Virus record (IMG/VR): IMGVR_UViG_3300032308_000833
Coordinates: 1-64,000 of that record
Strand: one strand, 5' to 3'
Length of the DNA: 64,000 bases
Source of the DNA: a virus
Shown: positions 24,931 to 34,357 of the stretch, piece by piece
How the letters are laid out: the number at the start of each line of letters is the position of its first letter
Numbering within the stretch: position 1 is the stretch's first letter
Translations under genes and position numbers: made by a program
The notes under the pieces: generated by a model
The model's database searches: none
What the model was told of the DNA's origin: nothing
The model's input: the letters and a program-made list of their open reading frames with translations, nothing else

Positions 24931-26190
24931 ATGGCAATAGGTAAAAAAGTAGGTAAGAAGTCTCAAGGTTCTAATGACTTTTTAATGCCAAGAACACCAA
25001 CTATTGGAACAGCAACAAACGTTGGAACAGGGCGGGCATTTAACAATGGTGCAGCCACAGTAACATTTACAGCAGATCCTACCTATGCAGCAGACTCTTT
25101 TACAGTTACATCAACTCCAGGTAGTTTTACAGCAACAGGAGCATCATCTCCAATTACAGTTACAGGATTACAATCAGATACAGCATATACTTTTAAAGTA
25201 ACTGCAACAAATACTTATGGAACATCAGGTGAATCAGAGGCATCTAACTCTATTACAGCAACAACTGTTCCAGCAACACCAGCAGCACCAAGTGCATCAT
25301 CACCAAACGCTGATCAAGATGTAATTTCATGGGATGCACCAGCAAACGGTGGATCAGTAATAACAAATTATCATTGGCAATCAAATGAAGCCCCTGTTAA
25401 AGAAGGAGATACTGCGACTACGCTTAACGCAACAGTAGGGCAAGAAGCAGGAACAGCACAACGGTACAAAGTTTATGCAACTAACGCTAACGGAAACTCA
25501 GAATATTCTGCATTATCAGCAGAAGTAACAACAACATTTTCTTTCGTACCTTTTGGTGTGTTTGGTTTTTCACCATTTACAGTGTTTGGTTTCTCTCCGT
25601 TTAACGTGTTTGGTTTTTCACCATTTAACGTATTTGGTTTCTCACCATTCAGAGTATTTGGTTTCTCACCATTCAGAGTATTTGGTTTCTCACCAACTAC
25701 ATACTGTGTAGATGAAGATGCACCAGTTCTTACAACAACTGGAAATAAAAAAGCAAAAGACATTGAACTTGGAGATAAATTAATTGTAAAAGCATTTGAA
25801 GAAATGCCAGTTGGAGATCTTTACAAAATTGTACTTTGGAAAAAAAGAGGTAACCTAACAAATTACAGAGAATTAGAAGCAGATGTAACTAAGATTACAC
25901 CAACAGTAGTACATGAAACAGTTATGTTTAATAATGATCCAAACATGAGATTTTCATTACTAGAAGATATGTTTGTAATTAAAAATGGTTTATATGGTTT
26001 TGTTTCTTCAAGAGAAATTAAACCTGGAGATAAAATTATTACAAGAGATTCTTTGATGGTAGTAGAAACTGTTGAAATAGTTAACGAAACAAGAACTGTT
26101 TACAGTTTTGGAAGATATCCAATTGGATTAGTTATAGCAGGAGGATTAGTTCATTATAACGACTACTCTCCTTCAGAAATACCAGATTAA
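24931..26190 (+). CDS. Two FN3 domains + FGFSPFxV repeats + C-terminal Hint domain protein
   Basis: TVTGLQSDTAYTFKVTATN and W.AP.NGGS.IT.Y (FN3); YCVDEDAPVLT..G.KKAKDI...VYSF...VHYN (Hint). Confidence 0.85.
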   Translation: MAIGKKVGKKSQGSNDFLMPRTPTIGTATNVGTGRAFNNGAATVTFTADPTYAADSFTVTSTPGSFTATGASSPITVTGLQSDTAYTFKVTATNTYGTSGESEASNSITATTVPATPAAPSASSPNADQDVISWDAPANGGSVITNYHWQSNEAPVKEGDTATTLNATVGQEAGTAQRYKVYATNANGNSEYSALSAEVTTTFSFVPFGVFGFSPFTVFGFSPFNVFGFSPFNVFGFSPFRVFGFSPFRVFGFSPTTYCVDEDAPVLTTTGNKKAKDIELGDKLIVKAFEEMPVGDLYKIVLWKKRGNLTNYRELEADVTKITPTVVHETVMFNNDPNMRFSLLEDMFVIKNGLYGFVSSREIKPGDKIITRDSLMVVETVEIVNETRTVYSFGRYPIGLVIAGGLVHYNDYSPSEIPD

Positions 26191-26242
26191 TAACAATCTA
26201 ATAACCTATATGCTACAATAGTTGTAAGTAGATAGGGAAATA

Positions 26243-26908
26243 ATGAGACAAGGGCCACCACCAGAATTACGTGGTATTCAGCAATCAATTAAACCACATA
26301 AGTTTTTTGAAAGACATCTAAACAATGATTTAGATTTATTAGCAAATGAATTAACTGACAGATATCAAAGTATTGAAAAAGTAGAACTAGATGGTATTAC
26401 TCCAGTTAACAGTAAAGATTATTGGCAAGAATCTGGTAGCGTTTCTACAGTTAAATGGAGAGAGTATAACGTATTTCAGTTTCACATTGATGGTATATAT
26501 GAGTTATATAAAAATATTCAAGACATGACTAAAGAGGCTTGTGAATATTACGAGATAGATTTTGAAAAACAAAGATTTATGTTGCAAGGATGGTTTAATA
26601 TTAATCATAAGAAAAAAGGAAAACTAGACTGGCATGATCATGGTCATACTGGTGCTCCAAATAATTTTCATGGATATTACTGTGTAAAAGCAGAACCATC
26701 ATCAACTTATTATAGAGTTTTTGGTAAAGATATGGAAAATAAAAATATTGATAATCGTGCTATTTTTTCAGAAATGGGACATCCTCATGCACAAGGTGAT
26801 TGGGATTGGGAAGGACCAAGAATTACAGTTGCATATGATGTTGTAACTTTGGAAGAGTTAAAACATGCTGGTAAAGATCATGAGCAACACTGGATACCTT
26901 TGATATGA
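26243..26908 (+). CDS. Putative 2OG-Fe(II) oxygenase (HxH type)
   Basis: GWFN..WHDH..FHGYY..GHPH..RITVAYD. Confidence 0.75.
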   Translation: MRQGPPPELRGIQQSIKPHKFFERHLNNDLDLLANELTDRYQSIEKVELDGITPVNSKDYWQESGSVSTVKWREYNVFQFHIDGIYELYKNIQDMTKEACEYYEIDFEKQRFMLQGWFNINHKKKGKLDWHDHGHTGAPNNFHGYYCVKAEPSSTYYRVFGKDMENKNIDNRAIFSEMGHPHAQGDWDWEGPRITVAYDVVTLEELKHAGKDHEQHWIPLI

Positions 26909-27534
26909 TAAAGGAAAAACCAACACATAAATTTTTTGAAAGATATGTTGACAATGACCTAACGCAACTTTCAAGATATTTGTTAAAACTTGAAAAAGAT
27001 TTATTTGAAGGGGTCTATCCAAAAGTTTCTAAAGAGTTTGCTAATAATATTGGTGGTGTTCATAATTTAGGAACAAAGTTTAATATTTTTCAGTGCTATA
27101 GTCCACAAATTCACAAATTGTTTTCTGCACTTAGAGAATTAACTATAGATGCTTGTGAGTATTACGATATTGATTATAAAAAACAATCTTACATGGTTCA
27201 GGGTTGGTTTAACACAGACGGAATAGCAGAACCACCAGTTAATGAATCAACTCATTATCACGATCATCTAGGTGGTACTGGTGCACCAAACTTTCATGGT
27301 TATTACTGTGTAGATGCTGAGCCATCTTTTACTTATTATAAAATTGGTGGTCAAGATAAAGAATCAATTCAAAATATTAACAAGAACAATAGAGCCATAT
27401 TGTCAGAAACTGGTCACCCACATGGAATAGGTCCTTGGCCTTTTGATAAACCAAGAATTACTATTGCTTATGATATATCTCCAGTTACTCATATGAGTGG
27501 AAGTGAATTACAACATTGGGTTCCTTTACCTTAA
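26905..27534 (+). CDS. Putative 2OG-Fe(II) oxygenase, tandem paralog
   Basis: GWFN..YHDH..FHGYY..GHPH..RITIAYD. Confidence 0.75.
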   Translation: MIKEKPTHKFFERYVDNDLTQLSRYLLKLEKDLFEGVYPKVSKEFANNIGGVHNLGTKFNIFQCYSPQIHKLFSALRELTIDACEYYDIDYKKQSYMVQGWFNTDGIAEPPVNESTHYHDHLGGTGAPNFHGYYCVDAEPSFTYYKIGGQDKESIQNINKNNRAILSETGHPHGIGPWPFDKPRITIAYDISPVTHMSGSELQHWVPLP

Positions 27535-27659
27535 ACAAGATTGTTTGTTTTATTGTTGGTCATAAAATAAAAAGTACTACTTGTCCATATACTAAAAATA
27601 CATACACGTTGTGTGAACGTTGTAGTCCAAAACAACATACAGCAATGTCGTTTCACTAA
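27516..27659 (+). CDS. Small zinc-binding protein (C-x3-GH...C...CxRC, DUF1660-like)
   Basis: Manual translation from TTG; start uncertain. Confidence 0.45.
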   Translation: MGSFTLNKIVCFIVGHKIKSTTCPYTKNTYTLCERCSPKQHTAMSFH

Positions 27660-27749
27660 CGCACAAATCAAACACATGCAGTGTTTTTAGTTTTAATAAA
27701 CTCTGCTATACTTAGTACTTATTCAATTTCATTTAATTAGGAGAAATCA

Positions 27750-29780
27750 ATGTCAGACTTTTTTAGTTTTAAACTTCCAGAGGATTTTATTACAAAATAT
27801 GTAACTATGGATAGCCCATTTGGGTTTAGCGATGCTGGAAACAACTCTTTAGGTGAAATTACTTTTATTAGAACTTATTCTCGTGTTAAAGAAGATGGAA
27901 CCAAAGAAAGATGGTACGAGGTTTGTAAGCGTGTAATCGAGGGTATGTATTCAGTACAAAAGAATCATGCAAAAGAAAACAGATTACCATGGAATGACTA
28001 CAAGGCTCAAAAGTCTGCTCAAGAAGCATTTGATCGTATGTTTAATCTTAAATGGACACCACCAGGTCGTGGGATGTGGGCATTTGGAACCCCCATGACA
28101 ATGGAAAAAAGGAACTCTGCAGCCCTTCAAAATTGTGCCATGGTATCTACTAAGGATCTAGATAGAAACGACCCAGGAGCACTGTTTGCGTGGGTTATGG
28201 ATGCCCTTATGCTAGGCATTGGAGTTGGTTTTGATACCGTTGGACAAGATAAAGAATTTTCTATATATTCACCATTAGAAACTGAATCAGTTTATGAAAT
28301 TCCAGATACTAGAGAAGGTTGGGTTGAGTCTGTTAGATTATTATTAAATTCATATTTAAGACAAGGCCAAGCAAAACAAAAATTTAACTATGATTTAGTA
28401 AGACCATTTGGTGCCCCAATTAAAGGTTTTGGCGGTACAGCATCAGGACCAGAACCATTAATAAAATTACATAATCAAATTGATACTGTTATTGGAGGCA
28501 GAGCAGGAGAAAAACTTGACTCTAGAGCCATAGTAGATGTTGTTAACTTAATTGGAACTTGTGTTGTTGCAGGAAATGTTCGTAGATCAGCAACACTAGC
28601 ATTGGGTTCTGCTGAAGATAAAGATTTTATTAATTTAAAAAATCCAGATATATTTCCAGAAAGAAATTCATTTGATTCAAAGAATCCAGGTTGGGCTTGG
28701 ATGTCAAACAATTCTATTTCAGCAACAGTGGGCACTAAGTATGAAGATTATGTAGATTTAATAGTTAATAATGGAGAGCCAGGCTTTATATGGTTAGATG
28801 TTGCTAGAAATTATGGTAGATTAAAAGATCCAGCAGATTATAAAGATTATAGAGTTATGGGTTTTAATCCATGTGCAGAACAACCATTAGAATCTTATGA
28901 ACTATGTACATTGGTTGAAGTTCATTTAAATAGACATAAAGATAAAGAAGATTTTTTAAGAACATTAAAGTTTGCATACCTATATGGAAAAACAGTTACT
29001 TTGGTTCCAACTCATTGGCAACAAACAAATGGTATTATGCAACGTAATAGAAGAATTGGAACTTCTTTAACAGGCATTGCTTCTTTTTCAGATAAACATG
29101 GTTTGCCAATAGTTCGTGAATGGATGGATGAAGGATATTTAAATATTAAAAAATATGATCATCAATATTCAGAATGGTTATGTGTTCGTGAATCAATAAG
29201 AGTTACAACAGTTAAGCCATCTGGTAGCGTAAGTATTCTTTCTGGAGCAACTCCAGGAGTTCATTGGGGTCCAGGTGGAAAGTTCTTTATGAGAGCAATT
29301 AGATTTGGTGAATCTGATCCTATGGTTTATTTATTTAAGGCTGCTGGATATAAAATAGAAGATGATGTTGTTTCTGCAAATACAAAGGTTGTCTATTTTC
29401 CAATTGCTTCAGAACATGAAAGAGCAGAAAAAGATGTTAGTCTTTTTGAAAAAATTGCTCTTGCAGCAACTGCTCAAAAATATTGGTCAGACAATGGTGT
29501 GTCAGTAACTTTATCTTTTGATAAAGAAACAGAGGCTAAGTATGTTGCTCCAGCATTACACATGTACGAAGGACAATTAAAGGCGGTATCATTCTTACCC
29601 ATGGGAAACACGGTATATCCACAACAACCTTATACAGAAATTACTGAAGAAGAGTATAATAGTTATGTAGGAAAGATTGCTAAAATCAACTGGGATGCTA
29701 TCTACGATGGAGTAGAAAATCTAGAAGCACAGGGTGAAGCATACTGTACTACAGATGTTTGTGAAATAAAGATAGGTTAA
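27750..29780 (+). CDS. nrdJ: Class II (adenosylcobalamin-dependent) ribonucleotide reductase
   Basis: RTYSR, PPGRG, NPCAEQ.L, TTVKPSG, C-terminal C...C; no small subunit nearby. Confidence 0.92.
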   Translation: MSDFFSFKLPEDFITKYVTMDSPFGFSDAGNNSLGEITFIRTYSRVKEDGTKERWYEVCKRVIEGMYSVQKNHAKENRLPWNDYKAQKSAQEAFDRMFNLKWTPPGRGMWAFGTPMTMEKRNSAALQNCAMVSTKDLDRNDPGALFAWVMDALMLGIGVGFDTVGQDKEFSIYSPLETESVYEIPDTREGWVESVRLLLNSYLRQGQAKQKFNYDLVRPFGAPIKGFGGTASGPEPLIKLHNQIDTVIGGRAGEKLDSRAIVDVVNLIGTCVVAGNVRRSATLALGSAEDKDFINLKNPDIFPERNSFDSKNPGWAWMSNNSISATVGTKYEDYVDLIVNNGEPGFIWLDVARNYGRLKDPADYKDYRVMGFNPCAEQPLESYELCTLVEVHLNRHKDKEDFLRTLKFAYLYGKTVTLVPTHWQQTNGIMQRNRRIGTSLTGIASFSDKHGLPIVREWMDEGYLNIKKYDHQYSEWLCVRESIRVTTVKPSGSVSILSGATPGVHWGPGGKFFMRAIRFGESDPMVYLFKAAGYKIEDDVVSANTKVVYFPIASEHERAEKDVSLFEKIALAATAQKYWSDNGVSVTLSFDKETEAKYVAPALHMYEGQLKAVSFLPMGNTVYPQQPYTEITEEEYNSYVGKIAKINWDAIYDGVENLEAQGEAYCTTDVCEIKIG

Positions 29781-29782
29781 AT

Positions 29783-30313
29783 ATGGAAGATTTTAAGTCT
29801 CAAATCAAGTATGTTAAGGGTTTTATGAACCCTCAAGAAGCAGGTTTGGTAACGGAATATGCAAAAAAACATCAAGAACTATTTTCTAATTATGGAAATA
29901 GTGAACAAGAGTTTACGGTTCATACCTATCATGAAATAAATGATCTAGATCCTGCTATTCTTAATATAATTCAAAATGTTGCATTGAAAGTTTATGATTT
30001 TGTTTTAAATAACTATGATTCTGAATTTGAAAATTTTATTGATGAAAAAACACATATTGCAAAATTTGTTGAAGGAAGAGGAATGCATGAACATTTTGAT
30101 GCTTCTAGGCCAAAAGATATAGCAACTTTAGTTTATTTAAATGATGAATATCAAGGTGGAGACATATACTTTCCAAAATATGAAATGTCTTTTAAGCCAG
30201 AACCTGGAGATCTATTATGTTTTCCAGACAATACAAACTTTATTCACGGTGTTAAGCCAATAGTTAAGGGAACAAGGTTTACATTACCTCGTTGGTTTAC
30301 ACGCATTGTGTGA
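29783..30313 (+). CDS. Prolyl-4-hydroxylase-like 2OG-Fe(II) oxygenase
   Basis: HFD..LVYLNDEYQGG..F..HGVKP..G.R. Confidence 0.85.
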   Translation: MEDFKSQIKYVKGFMNPQEAGLVTEYAKKHQELFSNYGNSEQEFTVHTYHEINDLDPAILNIIQNVALKVYDFVLNNYDSEFENFIDEKTHIAKFVEGRGMHEHFDASRPKDIATLVYLNDEYQGGDIYFPKYEMSFKPEPGDLLCFPDNTNFIHGVKPIVKGTRFTLPRWFTRIV

Positions 30314-30334
30314 TAAAATAGACTAGGAGAACCT

Positions 30335-33300
30335 ATGTCTAACCCATCCAATCTTTATGCAGAAAAAATTTTTTCAGAGCATCCAATAGCACTCTGGGCA
30401 TTAGACGATAAATCTGATTATGTAATGTTGTTAGATGCAGGACAAAAGGATATAAGTTCTTGGACAATATCTGATTGTACGATTTCAGAAGAAACCAGCA
30501 TATCTACTCAACCATTTCTTACAGAGTCTTTATATAAAGTAACTGGTATACCCTCTACAACTATAAACAAAGTTGCAGTTTTAACTAGTGGTACTTTATT
30601 TAATTTTCAAGATCTTAGTTCAGAGTTAGACACTTTTGCCATATCTTGTTATTTTTATTCAAACAGTTTGCATCTTAATTCAGTAGCAATAGGATATAAG
30701 TATACTGATGTTGTTACAGGTAACCCAGTTGAGATTTTAAAAAATGTTCCAATATCTGTAAATAATAAATGGTTTTTGTTGTCAGAAACATTTAAAGTTG
30801 TTAATCAAAATACAACAGTTCAAGCAATAGTAAAAATAGGATATTCTGCTAGTGTCAACGGAAGCGAAGCCTATGAGTTTTTTTTAAATGGTTTGTCAAT
30901 AGGTCAATGGTCAGAAGAATTTCAAAACTATTCTATTGGGTCAGATGTTGTAAATGTTCCATCTGATATATCGATAGAAACTTCTGAAGGAATTATAGCA
31001 AGATCATATGGATCAGATACAAACTATGGGTATTATCTTGTTAATAACAATAAGATATATGCACAAAACTTTGGTGTTCCTTTAGTTTACGGTGCTTCAA
31101 ACGTTACAAAACTATTTCCAAATATTAACGAAGATGAGACGGCAAAACCATCTATAATATTTCCAGGTTTTGGATTTTTAAATGATTCTGGAAGATACAA
31201 TAATTATACTGTAGAAATGTGGATAAGGGTTGGGGTTGACACTTTAGAAAGCAAAAGAATATTTGGTCCAATAAATTCTAATGACGGTTTATATGTAGAT
31301 GATTGTTTTATTACTTTAGTTGTAGATAATAACTTTAAGTCTGTTTATGTTGGAGAGTGGTTTAGACCAATGTTAATTCAGATAGTGTATTTAGAAAATA
31401 AAGTGTTGTTATTTTTAAATGGTGAAAAAGTTGCAGATTTAAATATTGATAATTCTACATTAAATCTTTTATCAAAACTAGATGAAGCAGATAAAGATCA
31501 AGATTGGCTTGGATTTTATTCTTATGAAAATGTTTATCCATTTGAACTAGATTGTTTTGCTATATATCCTTATGTTATACCAGAAATAATTTCAAAAAAG
31601 AGATGGGTGTATGGTCAAGCAGTACAAAGTCTTGAATCAGTAGACTCTTCTTATAGTGGTAAATCTGCACATATAGATTATTCTTTTGCAGATTATGGTA
31701 CAAATTATCACTATCCAAATATTGGAAAGTGGGAACAAGGAAAAGTAGACAATCTAAGTTATAGTAATAGTTACTTGAGTACTCAGGATTATGAACTTCC
31801 TAACATAACAATAGGTAATAGTGTTGCAATTAATGATTGGTATACTGATTTATCAGAACTTCAAGATGAAGATAATCTTTGGGCTAGTTTTTTAACTTAC
31901 ACTGGTTCGTATACTTTTAATAATTTTAATATTTTAAATGAAGAAATTGCTTCTTTGCATGGTGTTTTTAAAACAACGTCATTATTAAATTCAACAATTG
32001 TGTTGATTAAAAATAAAAACAACTCAGATTTCTTTTCAATAGAAACAACAGGGGTTGGAGATTTAGTATATAGGATTAACGTATCAGGAACAGAGACAAT
32101 ACTTTATGAAACTACATATCAGCAAAACGCATATCTTGAAATCGGTATATATTTAGAAGATTTAATTTCTACATTTGGAAATGATGTTGCAACGTTTTTT
32201 GGTAACAAAGATTCTTTAAAACTTACATTATTAAATAATGAAGATGGAGATTCTTGTTTTGATCAAAAAATGTATAGATTTGGCTTATCAACAAAAAATA
32301 ATCACAAACTTTTTTCTTCACAATTTCAAGCAAATGGAATAATTAAAGATGACAGCAATATAAATGTGCACCTTGCTCACGATTTGGCAAGTTATACTCT
32401 TCACCCAACAGTAAAATATAATAAATATTATCTTGACATAGGTATTGCTGGATATTGGGAAGACTATGTTCCATTAAAATATTTTGCAAAATATACAACA
32501 AATTCATCTGGTAAAAAAGAATATAGTTTGGATTATATTCAGTATAATATCAACTTTCCGTCACCATCTATTTTTAAAGTTGTTGAAGATGCAGGTGGGT
32601 GGACATATGGTCAGTTAGATGAAAAATTTGCAGTACCAGTACAGCAGTCTTATGAAGTTTTAGATAATTCTTTGTTTAGCGGGTATAATAATTATGAAGA
32701 TTTACAGTATAATAGATCAGATCTAAGTTATGAGTATGATTCAGTTAACTCACTAGTTCAGTCTTATGTATCTTTTCAGTTTACAAAAACAGGCATAAAT
32801 AAATCTTTTGAATCATTTACAACAATTGCTCCAGCCTTAAAAAGCGGTATATTAAACCTAGACAATTACCCAGATTGGCAAAATACTATATTTTTAGTTG
32901 AAAACGATACAATCATTTATCCGCCTTCATCTGTTAGTTTTGAAAGTTTATCAATGTCTACATACCTAAAGTTTAATGTAAGGTCAACTATCAACAGAAA
33001 AATAAAGATTAGATCGTTAGAGTTTTCATCTAGATCACTAGAAGAAAATGCGTCTACCCCAATTAGTACAAAAACTGGAACTAAATTATATCCATATATA
33101 AAGAATGGAATTTATAATGACTATAGAGGAAAAAATCCAATAAGTATTTACAAACATTCTAATCCATACCTATACCTAACTAGATACTCTGGAGTAAAAT
33201 TAAAAGGTGATTTTAATTATTATCAGAACAAGGGTTTAAGTATGCCAATTAATGAAAACAAGGATACACTTTTTTCCGTATCAACTATACAGTTAGCAAT

Positions 33301-33943
33301 TAAAAATGATAATTTTGAGTTTACTTATACTCCAGTTCAAATATTTCAAATAAATACGGTTGAGTCAACGGTTAATTTTTACGTAGTTTCAAATGGAGAC
33401 TCTGGGCAAAGAGGCAAGATTTATGCTATTGATTCAAAGACTGGTCAGTTACAAAATGGAATATCTTACTACTTAAATGGAGTGTTAGTTGCAAATCCAG
33501 TAATAGATTCTAAAAACTGGTATTTTTTGAGCGTATCGTTTGCAACACCACTTAAATTTAACTCATATACTGGATCTATAAACCTTAATGGCCCATTAAT
33601 ATATAATCACATATCTTACTATAAGTTAACTGGATTACAACAAAGACAGAGTTCTATAACTAGAATTTGGGATGAGGTAAAGCAGCAATATGTGCTTGGA
33701 GCAGAGGAACCATTTGATTTTGATTGGGAGTTTTGGAATGAAGGATATTTATGGTTTGGAGTATTAATTAAGACATCTTCTTCAGATTTTGGTAATATTC
33801 CATCTAATATTTATAAAACTTATATGGGTACAAACAAAATTATAGTAGGAAATGATGGAGAAAAGCAATTAGTGGCAAAGAGTTATGAAAATCCTATCTA
33901 TATTGGTTCCTCATGGCAACAGTATGTCCTCAATCCAACATAA
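30335..33943 (+). CDS. Large minor tail protein with LamG/ConA-like domain
   Basis: EHPIALWALDD N-terminus; YTVEMWI...LFLNGE; size and context. Confidence 0.65.
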   Translation: MSNPSNLYAEKIFSEHPIALWALDDKSDYVMLLDAGQKDISSWTISDCTISEETSISTQPFLTESLYKVTGIPSTTINKVAVLTSGTLFNFQDLSSELDTFAISCYFYSNSLHLNSVAIGYKYTDVVTGNPVEILKNVPISVNNKWFLLSETFKVVNQNTTVQAIVKIGYSASVNGSEAYEFFLNGLSIGQWSEEFQNYSIGSDVVNVPSDISIETSEGIIARSYGSDTNYGYYLVNNNKIYAQNFGVPLVYGASNVTKLFPNINEDETAKPSIIFPGFGFLNDSGRYNNYTVEMWIRVGVDTLESKRIFGPINSNDGLYVDDCFITLVVDNNFKSVYVGEWFRPMLIQIVYLENKVLLFLNGEKVADLNIDNSTLNLLSKLDEADKDQDWLGFYSYENVYPFELDCFAIYPYVIPEIISKKRWVYGQAVQSLESVDSSYSGKSAHIDYSFADYGTNYHYPNIGKWEQGKVDNLSYSNSYLSTQDYELPNITIGNSVAINDWYTDLSELQDEDNLWASFLTYTGSYTFNNFNILNEEIASLHGVFKTTSLLNSTIVLIKNKNNSDFFSIETTGVGDLVYRINVSGTETILYETTYQQNAYLEIGIYLEDLISTFGNDVATFFGNKDSLKLTLLNNEDGDSCFDQKMYRFGLSTKNNHKLFSSQFQANGIIKDDSNINVHLAHDLASYTLHPTVKYNKYYLDIGIAGYWEDYVPLKYFAKYTTNSSGKKEYSLDYIQYNINFPSPSIFKVVEDAGGWTYGQLDEKFAVPVQQSYEVLDNSLFSGYNNYEDLQYNRSDLSYEYDSVNSLVQSYVSFQFTKTGINKSFESFTTIAPALKSGILNLDNYPDWQNTIFLVENDTIIYPPSSVSFESLSMSTYLKFNVRSTINRKIKIRSLEFSSRSLEENASTPISTKTGTKLYPYIKNGIYNDYRGKNPISIYKHSNPYLYLTRYSGVKLKGDFNYYQNKGLSMPINENKDTLFSVSTIQLAIKNDNFEFTYTPVQIFQINTVESTVNFYVVSNGDSGQRGKIYAIDSKTGQLQNGISYYLNGVLVANPVIDSKNWYFLSVSFATPLKFNSYTGSINLNGPLIYNHISYYKLTGLQQRQSSITRIWDEVKQQYVLGAEEPFDFDWEFWNEGYLWFGVLIKTSSSDFGNIPSNIYKTYMGTNKIIVGNDGEKQLVAKSYENPIYIGSSWQQYVLNPT

Positions 33944-33961
33944 TATGGTATACTAATGGTT

Positions 33962-34357
33962 ATGAATAACCAAAATCCAAACAAAAAAAGAAAACCTCGT
34001 ATGAAAGGCCAAATTGGCGACTCTAAAATAACCTTTATTGAAAAGAACTATGATTGGGGCGTTTATGTTTGGAAAAGAGCCAATGGTAAGTGGTTCACTG
34101 ATGGAGAGGGTAATATTTTAAATATACCAGCCGTAAAACACGATATTGCCGCTTTAGCCGAAATAAAAAAGACAGCAGCATATTATGGAGAACCAGATGG
34201 AGAGGCTGTATTTTTTCCAGGTATGGGAAGAGTGTCAGACGAAGAGTATTCTGAACAAGTAGATAGAATGAAAGCGGGATTAATCCCTAACCTTAATGAT
34301 CTTGGTGCAGTAGCAGCAGCCAAAGCAACAATTGCAAAATATGGCGATGAAGAATAA
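33962..34357 (+). CDS. Hypothetical protein coupled to the portal gene
   Basis: ORF track; likely leaderless start after TGGTATACT. Confidence 0.7.
   Translation: MNNQNPNKKRKPRMKGQIGDSKITFIEKNYDWGVYVWKRANGKWFTDGEGNILNIPAVKHDIAALAEIKKTAAYYGEPDGEAVFFPGMGRVSDEEYSEQVDRMKAGLIPNLNDLGAVAAAKATIAKYGDEE

Noticed and set aside
33962-34357. Terminase subunit next to the portal gene
   Set aside because: No ATPase, nuclease or HTH motif; no large terminase is recognisable anywhere in the window, so it is probably encoded outside
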